A stretch of DNA of 64,000 nucleotides, from the NCBI GenBank assembly GCA_964016885.1, contig OZ024740.1:135408001-135472000 (forward strand), read 5' to 3'. The notes under the pieces are model-generated. The model was not told the DNA's origin. It saw only the letters and a program-made list of their open reading frames with translations, and made no database searches. Source of the stretch: Eledone cirrhosa (taxonomy: Eukaryota). The translations under genes were made by a program, and so were the position numbers. Below, one piece after another: positions 1 to 11,659 of the stretch. Each line of letters starts with the position of its first letter. The first letter of the stretch is position 1.

Positions 1-52
1 GGGGTGTTTTGATAGAGATGCCTACTGACTGTAGTAGGTTTTTACTTTGTAT

Positions 53-3000
53 TTAGGTAAGGCGGGTCTTCTCTATTACTGAGTACCGCCAAAGGTCTCG
101 GTCCAGTGACATTGTCTTGGAGAGGTGTAAGCGTGTGAGGTCGGAATTTATCAGCTCGTCCCATGTTTTTCTGGGTCTGCCTACTCCGTGGCTACCGTCT
201 ATCTTTATTGCCCTGCACTTTGTTATACAGCTGTCGTCTTTCATGCGCATCACGTGACCGTACCAACGTAGCCTTCTCTCGAGTAAACAACATCTGATCC
301 CTCTTATTTCTAATTTTTTCCTTAGTTCGTTTATGCTTTGCTGTTCACGTATATTACTATTGCACATCCAGCGGAGCATGCAAGCTTCGTTCCTCTCTAG
401 TCTGCGTATATCCTCTGCACACAATGCCCAGATCTCACTGCCATGCAGCATTGCTGTTCGTATGCAGGCATCGTATAACCTGCCTTTCATTTTTAGGGAG
501 AACCCTCTAGCGGCTAATAGTGGTATAAGCTCTCTGAACTTTTTCCATCCAGTTCTGACTCTAGCTACTGTACTTTCAGAGCACCCTCCCCCACTGCTGA
601 TTTTGTCACCCAGGTAACGGAAGCTGTCTACTATTTCTATAGAACCCTCTGCGCAGTTGAAGGAGCTAGTATTTTGTGGGCGCTTGCTGCTACTTATTGC
701 ACCAGAGCACCGGCCACATGTAAAATTTATGTTCTTAGTTAGCTTACCTGTGATCCCACTACATCTTTTATGCACCCATACTTTGCATTTGGGACATAAA
801 ATGGAGTTTCTACCTACGCCTTTCCTACACACTGAGCATGGCCATTTCCCAGATGGGACTGCCGCCTTATTTTCTTTCCTACAAACTAGAACTTTAGTCT
901 TAGCCAGGTTAATTTTAAGGCCTTTTGATTCTAGGCCGTGCTTCCATGTTTGGAATTTCTTCTCTAGTTCGGTCATTGATTCAGCTATGAGCGTTAGATC
1001 ATCTGCGTATAGGAGTTCCCATGGGCAGCCGGTCTTGAACTCCTCTGTTATAGCCTGAAGGGCAATAATAAATAGTAGGGGGCTAAGAACAGAGCCCTGA
1101 TGGACACCAACTTTTACGCTAAACTCTTCACTATATTCGTTGTTAATTCTAACCTTACTGACTGTTTCTTTATACATGGCTTGTATAGCTCTCACAAGCC
1201 ATTCGTCAACACCTAGTTTTCTAAGAGACCACCAGATAATGGAACGGGGGACTCTGTCGAAGGCTTTCTCCAAGTCGACGAAAGCTAAGTATAGGGGTTT
1301 ACTTTTAGCTAGGTACTTCTCCTGTAGTTGTCATACAATGAAAAGAGCGTCTGTGGTACTTTTGCCTGACACAAATCCGAACTGCATTTCATCTAGAACA
1401 ATTCTCTTTCTGATTAGTTGCGCTATTACTTTTTCCGTGACCTTCATGACCTGGTCGATTAATTTAATGCCTCTATAGTTACTCCTATCTAGGGCATCTC
1501 CTTTTCCCTTATAGCAGTTAACGATGATGCTGCTACGCCAGTCCTTCGGAACAACCCCATTCTGTACGAGTTGGTTAACTATCCGGGTGACCATGGTGTG
1601 TCCCACTGAACCAGATGCCTTCAGCATCTCAGCAACTATTTCCGAAGGACCAGCCGCCTTACCCGTCTTCATATCTTTGATTGCCTTGCTTATTGTACTA
1701 CCCTGGACTAACACTGCTGGTCCCTCTATTGGGTCGATGTGGGGGAGACTGTCTTTCTCCCATTTGTTCTCCTCATTTAGAAGCCTTTCGTAGTGACACT
1801 TCCAAGCTACCTTCTTATCAGCGTCGGTGATGGCAAGTATGCCATCATCGTTAAGTACACACTTCTCCCCGACAATATCACGGTTTTCCTTGACACATTG
1901 CCTGGCAATCCTGAACACCTCACGTTTTTGGTCCTCACGTTGTAGAACATGCTTGAACTTTCTTTCCTCTGCTTCCCTTCTTGCGAAGTACACTTGTCTC
2001 CTAGCTTCCCTCCTGGCCACCTGATAGTCTTCTCTACTTCCCCCATCCCACCATGCTTTCCAAGCCTGCTTTTTGGCCTTAATTGACTCCTCCACCTTAC
2101 TGTTCCACCACCATGTTACTCTCCTCCTACCTACAGGCCTGCTCCAGCCACAGACTCCGTCTGCCGCCGTCAGCAGGTTTGCTCTCAGGAATTCCCACTG
2201 TTCCTCTATATTATACGACTCTAATTGCTCTTCCTTACTGTCGAAAGCGTCAAGTAATATGCTTTGAAATTTATTTCTGGCTATGGGGTCCTTTAGCTTC
2301 CATATTTTTCTCCTGAGGATAGTCCTCTTCCGCTGTCTAGTACGTCTCGTCCTGACTATGAGGTCGCTAATTATCAGTCTATGTTGGGAGGTGAATTCTT
2401 CATGGGGGAGGGATTTAGTGTTAACAACAGACACTCTGTCACGTCTCCTGGTAAGGATATAATCTACCTGGCTTGTGTGTTCCCCCGATCTATAGGTGAT
2501 CAAGTGATTGTCTCGTTTTTTGAAGTTAGTGTTACAGATAGTTAAGTTATTTGCGTCGCAGAATTCCAGGATTCTGGAGCCTTCCTCATTTCTAGTACCG
2601 AACCCATAGCCTCCATGTATTCCGTCATAGCCGTCACAATGTTGTCCAACGTGACCATTTAGGTCGCCTGCAATAACTATATAGTCACTGTCGGTTATTT
2701 GGGAGGTAGCGAGCATCAGTGTCTCGTAGAATCTGTCTTTTATAGCACCGGGCAGTCCGGATTGTGGTGCGTACGCAGATATTACTGTCACCGTAGTTTT
2801 ATTGAGGACAAGTCTTATTTTAATTATTCTGTCGTTCACTCTATTTACGTCTATTATCTTATCTGCCCACTTTTCTGCTACCATGATTCCTACCCCACCC
2901 AACCCATTGTCATTTCCCACCCAGAAAAGCTTATAGCATCGTTCTTTACCCACAATGAATCTAGCCGACCCTCCCCTCCACCTGGTCTCTTGAATACAAC

Positions 3001-3214
3001 AAACATCGACCTCCTTACGTTCAAGCATTTCTACAACCTCGTTAGAGCGACCCTTTAAGGTGCCTACATTCATGGTACCAACTCTGAAGTTTTGGATTGC
3101 GTTTGGAGGGTGGGAGCGGGGGGGGGATGGGGTTATGTTAGCCATCCTGGGCCGAAACAAGGCGGAGTGCTTGCATTCTCGTCCACGAGGTGAATTTGTC
3201 TTTATCTTTGGCAT
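53..3214 (-). pseudogene. RTE LINE EN-RT polyprotein (~1053 codons) broken by one in-frame TGA
   Basis: ORFs 1331..3214 and 53..1273 are in the same frame. The stop at 1331-1333 reads IV*QLQEK where the other three copies read IVRQLQ (CGA), consistent with a CpG transition. Confidence 0.93.
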
Positions 3215-3381
3215 TGTCGCTGAGCGTCCACATTTTTTTCTCTCTTCAACTCTCCAGAATTCCGTAGTCCATCCATCATATCGAAAAGCAACCAGTTAAG
3301 CGATAGTATGGGCCTCTGACTTATGATTGGTCCACGTAATAATGGTGGTGCGTTGGGGCGGGTGGGAGGGATGATGTGTTG

Positions 3382-3940
3382 TTAGCGAGAATGTAAGGTT
3401 TAAGATAAGATCGCCGTATTTTGGGCATAATTTAACAATAAACGAAAATACAAGATTTGTTTTGTTTAAGAAAATATGATAGAGAAAATGCGGTGATAGG
3501 GAAAATATGATTTTTAGAGAAAAAATATGATATAGAATGGTGAAAATATGATATAGTGTGAAATTAGGACATAGAATAGTGATTGAATGAATGGATTCAA
3601 TTAGCGAGAATGTAAGGTTTAAGATAAGATCGCCGTATTTTGGGCATAATTTAACAATAAACGAAAATACAAGATTTGTTTTGTTTAAGAAAATACGATA
3701 GAGAAAATGCGGAGATAGGGAAAATATGATTTTTAGAGAAAAAATATGATATAGAATGGTGAAAATATGATATAGTGTGAAATTAGGACATAGAATAGTG
3801 ATTGAATGAATGGATTCGAATGGAGAGAAGAATCGAGAAAAAATATGATATAGAATGGTGAAAATATGATATAGTGTGAAATTAGGACATAGAATAGTGA
3901 TTGAATGAATGGATTCGAATGGAGAGAAGAATCGAGAAAA
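3382..3940. repeat. Tandem duplications in the RTE 5' UTR (219-bp unit x2 plus ~99-bp sub-unit repeat)
   Basis: ttagcgagaatgtaaggtttaagataagatcgccg starts at 3382 and 3601. gagaaaaaatatgatatagaatggtgaaaatatgatatagtgtg occurs three times (~3517, ~3736, ~3835). Confidence 0.9.
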
Positions 3941-6586
3941 ATATTTGAACGTTACTTTATACCGCAGGAACAGCCATCCCAGAAATAGCGAGTTGGCGAT
4001 TGTGATATATAATGTGTGAGGTAAAGTGTTTATGGTGAAAATACAAAGTAAATGCAGATTAATGTAAATGCTAAAGGGTTAATGTCTGTTTTTGTGCTAG
4101 CAAGGTTTGGACGGGTTGTCAACAGAGCTATTGAACTCTCAGATGGGCTGGGAGCCTGCATCTCACTTACATAAGTTTCTGCACTCTACTAAGTGCTCTG
4201 ATAGGCCAGGAGACTGCATCTTACATATGATTTCACAGTCTAATAGGTATATTTTATCATGGCACCATCACTAGGAAGGTTGTCATGTCTTTGACACAGC
4301 TGAAAAATCCTCATGACAGTATTTTATTTTCATGCAATATATTAAAAATGTTTCTATTATCAAAATTTTCTCTACTTTTCTAAACATGTACCCCAACTTA
4401 AAATCATCTCTTCATCTCTTCTTTTTATTTTCACTGGCTATACTATAACCCTCTTGTTAAAAATAAGAACAGATGTTCTAGTAGTAACAGTAATTTCCAA
4501 ATTTTTCAGTCCTCTGCTTCCATGGTGTTTCAAACTACACTTTTGATGGCTTCTACCCGGCAGTTAAGCAGAAGAATAGGTCGCACAACTGAGCAGAGTA
4601 GAATAACAGATGATAATAGAGGGAATGGACACACACATTCTTTCTCTCCCTCTCTCTGGGAACTTCTGATCTATGTGAATGTGTTAGTAAATGTGATAAT
4701 TGATGGCATATATCACCTAATATATTATGTTCATATGACCATTCATTGCTTACATTATTTTTTCTCTGTTCTACATATCTGTATTTTGATCTTTCATCAT
4801 AGAAAGCTGTTGCCACAAAGTTTTCAGTTATGGGAAGAATCTAGAACAAGGAATTCCCATGTTACAAGAAATTTCATATCTTTCTTGCATTCAACATAAA
4901 CATTTGATATAAATGTATACTTTGTTTTTATGTAGCAAATACTTCTTGATAAATACATGCACACACACACATACATATGGGTGTACATACATACGAGGGA
5001 GCAATGATTGAAAATATCAAAATAAAAAAAAATAAAAATTGTTTTAAAATCTCTTGCTAGTTATTGTAAATCTGTTACACTTTTGTAGTTCCTAAACATT
5101 TTAAACAATACCTAAACTTGTTAAGTTTCTATCTTGAAAGTTCTTTCATAAAAGGGATTAATTCTAAATTCTAGAAAAATCTATAAGCTTAGAATAACAT
5201 TATTCTTATACATGGCCTTATCTGTATTCTTGGCTTATTTTCCCATTTTTTATTCTTGGGGTGGAAAAGAACCGCTTATAGCCGTTTTGGGGCTTTATAA
5301 GACTGTGGCATTAAAATAACTGTGAGGTTGTGTAGTTAATATTCAGTTTCAGTTATTGCAAGTTTGTATTATGTTCGTTTGCATGCATGCTGAGGGATTG
5401 TTCTAGAGAAGATTATGCAGTATGGAAAAAGAGGGTGATAGTATGCATTAGATACAATGAGAGTATTGGAATTTGAATGAGAGTAGGAGTGATTTCATTG
5501 AAATAGTCTTGGCAGAGAGAGAGAGAGAGAGAGACACCACCATCATCATCATCATACATCATTTTATCTATGATGACATGAATTGATCAGGTTGTGATAG
5601 TCAAGATCAATACTTATTTTGAGTTAATGTGTTCCTAGACAGATTGGGGTACCATATCTCACTTGTACATTCCCTTTTTGGCATGGCTTCTACAGCTTGA
5701 TGCATTTCCTAACACCAATCACTTTACAGTGTGCTGGGTGCATTTTATCATGTTACCAGTACTAGAGAGGTTGTCTTGTCTTTGATGTGGCTGAAGTGTT
5801 TTCTCTACCCAGCATTGTTACTGTTCAAACACCAACCAGCACACAGGGTGTACAGGGTGCAGTTTATCATGCCCCCACACTAAAAGGGTTTCCTTATTGT
5901 AATTCCAAAGAGTCCTCTTTACTCCATATAGTTTTCATTTTTCCAAGGGAAACATTTCCAAGAGTGAGATGAAAGAGGACTGGTGACTAAGTGGGAGAGG
6001 ATGGGGAAGAATAGATATATGAATATGAGTGTGATGGGGGAAAACAGTGTAATAGGATTGTAAAGAAGGGAGTAATGGCAGAGATAATGAGTGATAACTA
6101 TGTTGATAGTTGTTGGTAGATGATTGAATAGATAACAGCATGAGAAACATGAAGTAGCATAATATTTGAGGTCACGTGTCACCACATGTCTATGACTACT
6201 ACATTTGTGATGGCAGTGACTGGCCGTGTACCAGTTGTTTAAACAGACCTTTCCATTCATGGAGGCTACCACCCGCTGACATAGTACTCCGAGCCTAATT
6301 ACGTAATGTCTGCTGATATTATTTAGCTTCCAGTTGGAGCTATTTTTGACACATCAGAGTATAGAAACTGATGCATTGGTCCGGATATATTTGATATATT
6401 AATATCAACACACAAACGTAGCCATTTATCTTACTGATTAATGTATGTGTGCTCTCTGAGTAATGTATTTGCATTTCTAATAATATAAACCTTATTATAT
6501 CATTGAGTGAATAAGAGATAGCCAAAGTAGTACTGATTTACTTCAACTAGCTTTGTAAACATATATTTATATATATGTATATACAC

Positions 6587-6792
6587 GTGTAGGCGCCACG
6601 GGGAAAAAGCACCCAGCACTCACTGTAAATGAGGTTGGTGTTAGGAAGGGCATCCAACTGTAGAAATCAAGCCAGAATCAGTTCCCATATGAGCAAGACA
6701 AGGTCAGCCGACTGGACACTGTCCACAACAGGACAACCCGTCTAACCCATGCTAGCATGGAAGAACGGACGTAAAAGGGTGGTGATGATGAT
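6587..6792 (+). mobile_element. 5'-truncated SINE (RTE-tail family)
   Basis: Matches the 3' half of SINEs at 25611 and 61389, ending aacccatgctagcatggaagaacggacgtaaa followed by gatgatgat. Confidence 0.8.
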
Positions 6793-6839
6793 ACATATAT
6801 TATTATAGAAAGGACTTCTACAGGACTAGAACTATTTCA

Positions 6840-6863
6840 CTCTCTCTCTCTCTCTCTCTCTCA

Positions 6864-6960
<97 letters not shown>
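6840..6960. repeat. (CT)n-(TA)n microsatellite abutting the PLE 3' end
   Basis: Direct reading of the sequence. Confidence 0.95.
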
Positions 6961-7154
6961 ATTGGTTATGCACGAGTGCATTAAGGTTTTCCAGGACACA
7001 GTGTTATGTACCGTGTAGGGGAAGGTCAGCTTACAACAGAGTGGTGCTCAACGAAATGTCGAAAATAGGTGTATATTCCAGTTTAGCTATACTCCGGGGT
7101 GTGTATAAAGAATCAAAAAGAACAGAAAGATGCAGTAAAAGAGATTTATTCGGT

Positions 7155-7270
7155 TTTAACGTACGTTTCAATAGACATCAATTTGCCTAGATCTCGCTGC
7201 ATCTATAATATTATATAGTTAGTAGAGCATTCGACATCCAATGCACAATCGATTCCATATCATCAGAGAT
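7155..7270 (-). ncRNA. Hammerhead ribozyme-like motif in the PLE 3' pLTR
   Basis: Minus strand reads CUGAUGA - 90-nt imperfect hairpin - GAAAC GUAC GUU, with palindromic stem III ACGUACGU. Stem I is weak (ucu/aaa). AAUAAA follows 8 nt later. Confidence 0.55.
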
Positions 7271-7652
7271 TATGTTTACCGTACCAGAATGTTCAGGTTT
7301 TTATAGGAATTCATGTGAAGTTGAAGTAGAGAAGAAGGAGGATGTGACAAAGACGAGAGAGATAGGGGGGTTTTTCATGGTTGTTGAGGTAAAACAGAGG
7401 GGAGGATAAAATACGATAATGAAGTCTAGATATGGACTAGTCCAACTGTGTGTGTGCTAGGGAGATGGTAGACGTTGATAGGTTTATGATCTATGATAGA
7501 TGGAGGCAGGGGAGATTAGGCCGAGTGACTTGTAAAGTATGTAGGAGGAGATGTTGAATAGGGGAGATGTGGTCAATAGAAGGCATAGCAATAATCCATG
7601 GGGACAGATAGAGGAGGTAGAAGGAAGATAGAGGAAAGCAGAAGTCGCAGGA

Positions 7653-9969
7653 TCAAATCAAGCCAGGTTTGTATTTCGAGAACGTAGCCTTGAGTCTATG
7701 ATTGCAATATAGAGTCCGTTCCGTTCTGTTGTTGAGAAGAGTATAATTCGATTTTAGTATGTAAAATAGCTCCATATTGCATAATCGGCAGTAAGGCTGG
7801 CCTGCACGATATACGGAAGCACTAGAGAGTTTTGTCCATTTCAGAGTGTATTGCAGGTTACTTTCGCGCAACTGCCAAATTGTATTGGCTAAGGTAGTTA
7901 CGGAACGGTATTTGATGTTCTTCATCGAACTACGGTGTTGGTACCAATGAGATTTAAAAGTGGTAGAGGTACAGCCGATATAGTGCCATCTCCGGTTATC
8001 CGATTCAACGGTGCATTGATACACCATATTGGATTCCATGCATTTGTTATTCAGAGGGCAACGATCATGTAGGTTGCAGTTGCACTTATCAGCTCTTGTA
8101 GTATTATTATCTTGTACAGGTTGCATTAGGTTTATATGTGTGTCTGCTGCAGGAGGGTTTACATTCAGTGGTTGAGAGTTTGAGGAAGTGTTAACGTAGT
8201 TTGGGGTGCTTCGTGTGGATGTGCTGACTAATCGTTTGGAGTTAAGTTTTTTAATAATTAGATCGAGATTGGGTGCTGTAGAATATGAAAGCTTAATGGA
8301 CCTTAGATTTAGTATTTTAGCGTATCGATGTGCAGGAGGAAAATGTGTTTTGATTAAATTGAAGAAAAGTGAAGAAATTTTAGGAGATGTTGAGGCAGCT
8401 ACGATTCCGCTTTCTAGCTAGGTTGGGTTGTGTGCTTCTATTTCGACTATGCCTGTGCGGAAAGTGTATGTTGTGTATCGTACCTATATTATTGTTTATG
8501 CTAGTGCGTTGTGAGCCCTTATTTCTATATTGGTGTGCTGGATCTATGTACTCTATTTTGTCTTGGTATCCAGCCGCCTTAAGCGCGTTGTTATAGTAGT
8601 AAGCGTGCTCACTAAAGACCTGGGGGGTAGATGACAGGCGTGATATTCTAAGGGAGATGGCCCAAGGGATAGACCGTATAACCGAGGGTGGATGATTAGA
8701 TTTATGGTCAACATACATAATATTTTCATTAGATTTATGGAATGGGCGGATTTCCCCCGTCTCTAGATTAAATGTTACATCCAAGAAATTTGTTTCAGTC
8801 AGGTTGTACTCAAAAGTAATGCTAAAACCAAGACTGTTTAAAAATTCGCTAACTTGCTTACGTAATCTTTCTATTTTCTGGTTGTTTAGGTGTTTAGCTA
8901 AAAGGAGCGCATCGTCGCGGTAGATTCCCCCTTGTAGATTGCGGAATTTTTTCTCTAGTGCTTGAGCGATGAAGATGCTCACTACGTCTGTAACTTCGGC
9001 CGAATCGTTTGAGCCCATCGTGATATCAAAGAAAGATGGTCGATCTTTGCGCACCCAGTAGCTATCATCAAACTTAATTATGGTTTTTCTGGCCTCAAGG
9101 ATGATGCCTATTTCCGCGTCGGTTAGGTCAGAATTCTCTCCGGCAAACATTAGGGTCTTATGCAGGGTATCGGGTGATATGGAAGAATAGTAGTCGTTTA
9201 TGTCGAATTGGATAAATTTTGATTCATCCCTATCCTTGATATTACTAAACCAACATACCGCCTCCTCAGTATTTGCCCAGAGTTTTATGCCAGTTATCCG
9301 TTTTAACTGGGGGATTACTCTATCTAATATATATTTACTTACTCTACCTATATCCGATTTCGATGGGCATATTAGTCTAATCTAGGGGTTTGCATGGAAG
9401 TTGACTTTGTGGTCCTTTAAATTAAAGGATGGGGTCGCTGGAATTATTGGTTCTGTCCTGTCATCTATACCCAGGTTCTTAACTATTTTGTGTGCCTCAT
9501 TGTTAATATGTATAAGAGTAGATTTACCTGTTTTTTTGTACTTCTTGTGTAGTTCAGTACGGATGAAGTTATTATAGGTGTTTACATCTGGGGTGTACAC
9601 GTTGGATGTTTTATCGGCCTTAATGATAATCCCACTGGTATTATTAAGTTTGTGGACCAGAGCTTTGATGTTCTTTTGTAGTGTATTTTCCTTTCGGCAG
9701 TAAAATTTAACTCTCGTAATAGTTTTTTAGAAGGCTTGTTCAAAGGCGTCAAGAAGAGGGTTAGACGGAGGGTTTTTGCAGGATCTAAATCCATAAGATT
9801 GCGTATCTGAGTTGGACTCCTGGTTATTACAGCCCATGTTGAAATGAAAAGCACTCCATCTGACACGGCAGATAAAGTCATTGGTGCGTCGAATCATCCC
9901 CAAAGTATATTCTCTTTTATCCGGTACGGGTATGTTCCTAAGAGACATACCTATATGGTGCCTTTCCAT
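7653..9969 (-). pseudogene. PLE RT + GIY-YIG endonuclease ORF with premature stops and frameshift(s)
   Basis: Fragments 9727..9969, 9382..9600, 8380..9381 (open, RT) and 7653..~8400 (Cys-rich linker CNC..CPLNNKC, GIY-YIG, CRLC..CNH). TAG stops at 9727 and 9382; frameshift near 8400. Confidence 0.9.
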
Positions 9970-10212
9970 TCTTGGGTTGTAAGCTGATTTTGTTGCTCGA
10001 CAATGTAGGAGGAAGATAATTGGTTATGCACGAGTGCATTAAGATTTTCCAGGACACAGTGTTATGTACCGTGTAGGGGAAGGTCAGCTTACAACAGAGT
10101 GGTGCTCAACGAAATGCAGAAAATAGGTGTATATTCCAGTTTAGCTATACTCCGGGGCGTGTATAAAGAATCAAAAAGAACAGAAAGATGCAGTAAAAGA
10201 GATTTATTCGGT

Positions 10213-10328
10213 TTTAACGTACGTTTCAATAGACATCAATTTGCCTAGATCTCGCTGCATCTATAATATTATATAGTTAGTAGAGCATTCGACATCCAAT
10301 GCACAATCGATTCCATATCATCAGAGAT
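10213..10328 (-). ncRNA. Second copy of the hammerhead-like motif (5' pLTR)
   Basis: Same sequence as 7155-7270 at offset 3058. Confidence 0.55.
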
Positions 10329-10842
10329 TATGTTTACCGTACCAGAATGTTCAGGTTTTTATAGGAATTCATGTGAAGTTGAAGTAGAGAAGAAGGAGGA
10401 TGTGACAAAGACGAGAGAGATAGGGGGGTTTTTCATGGTTGTTGAGGTAAAACAGAGGGGAGGATAAAATACGATAATGAAGTCTAGATATGGACTAGTC
10501 CAACTATGTATGTGCTAGGGAGATGGTAGACGTTGATAGGTTTATGATCTATGATAGATGGAGGCAGGGGAGATTAGGCCGAGTGACTTGTAAAGTATGT
10601 AGGAGGAGATGTTGAATAGGGGAGATGTGGTCAATAGAAGGCATAGCAATAATCCATGGGGACAGATAGAGGAAAGCAGAAGTCGCAGGATCAAATCAAG
10701 CCAGGTTTGTATTTCGAGAACGTAGCCTTGAGTCTGTGATTGCAATATAGAGTCCGTTCCGTTCTGTTGTTGAGAAGAGTATAATTTGATTTTAGTATGT
10801 AAAATAGCTCCATATTGCATCTTTCTGTTCTTTTTGATTCTT

Positions 10843-10886
<44 letters not shown>

Positions 10887-11659
10887 TATCTGCTAATTCA
10901 TGAGAGCAGAGATTATATTCGTGAAGGGATTGAAGACTTGTCTTTCAAGTAGATTTTATTTATAGTAGTCAAAGATGCTGTTGTGTATCTCCAGGTGAGC
11001 TAATAACAAACTGTCATGCAGGTAGTCATCTAAATAACCATGAGTAACCTGCTTTTTCCAGTTATACCAGTAGGATCTTAGAAATAATTAATGCTTAGAT
11101 CGGCACAGTATATCAAATATATAGGTAGAAAATGTAAACTGAGTTGCTAAACAAGAGGAAGAGAGAGTGGAAAAGATGATATAAAAATGAATTTTCTAAT
11201 ATGACCCATCCCAGTACATGTTGTAAAGTGGTTAGTGTTAGGAACCCATGCTCCCAGTAAATGCTGTAAAGTGATAAAAAGAATTCCAGCTGTGTCCATC
11301 TTGTCTTTTTAGGGGTATTGAAGATGATAGTATGTGATTTGGTTGTTATTTCTATAAGGTAGACTGGACACTTAGGGGCTTCTGCATTGATTTGATCTTG
11401 AGGAAATGGTGGGTGTTACTCCAAAATTTATCCTTGTGGAATTACGAATAGCTATTTTATTGTACTTGGATAGAGAAACTATCAACTGGAATAGGTAAAG
11501 TAAATAAGATAGGTTCATGTGCTCTAAGAAGAGGTGAGTTTTGGGAGGTGTGTTAAATGGCTATGAGAAGCATTTTCACAGCCTTCCAACATACTTTCTA
11601 TTTCTTCAAAAGAGGACACTGTCTGGTATATCAATATTTACTTATCTTCAAGCCACATA

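Larger units (their letters stand above)
1..3990 (-). mobile_element. Near full-length RTE-clade LINE (APE endonuclease + RT with PHD insertion); 3' UTR runs off the left edge
   Basis: APE motifs GTMNVGTL, CIQETRW, ISAYAPQ, AGDLNGHVG, SQVDYIL. RT motifs NYRGIKL, AFVDLEKAFDRVPR, GVHQGSVLSPLLF, LLYADD, FRYLG. RTE-type C-terminus RRLRWYGHVMRM...GRPRKTW. The 5' boundary is approximate. Confidence 0.95.
6961..10845 (-). mobile_element. Penelope-like retroelement with direct pseudo-LTRs (6961-7781 and 10019-10820) and a short inverted 5' piece
   Basis: The ~800-bp near-identical direct repeat includes the ORF 3' end. RT motifs QFDINDYY, ITMGS, GGIYRDD, NFLDV; C-terminal GIY-YIG (MVYQC...HYIGCT...FKSHWYQH). 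10816-10845 is the reverse complement of ~10163-10192. (TA)n lies on both flanks. Confidence 0.93.

Noticed and set aside
1331-1333. In-frame TGA as selenocysteine or programmed readthrough
   Set aside because: Three sister copies have CGA (Arg) here, so CpG deamination is the simpler explanation.
333-2316. Antisense ORFs recurring in every RTE copy (e.g. 333..617, 657..1058, 1140..1478)
   Set aside because: They are shadows of the conserved sense ORF in near-identical copies, with no recognisable domain and mostly non-ATG starts.
3940-4010. HDV-like ribozyme at the RTE 5' end (known in some RTEs)
   Set aside because: I could not build the nested double pseudoknot by eye here or at ~55690. 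A descriptor search is needed.
4522-4899. 125-aa ORF and its antisense 87-aa ORF
   Set aside because: No recognisable motif or convincing splice context; composition is compatible with chance.
6961-10820. LTR retrotransposon
   Set aside because: The repeats lack TG..CA ends, PBS/PPT and gag/integrase. They include the ORF 3' end, which is typical of PLE pseudo-LTRs.
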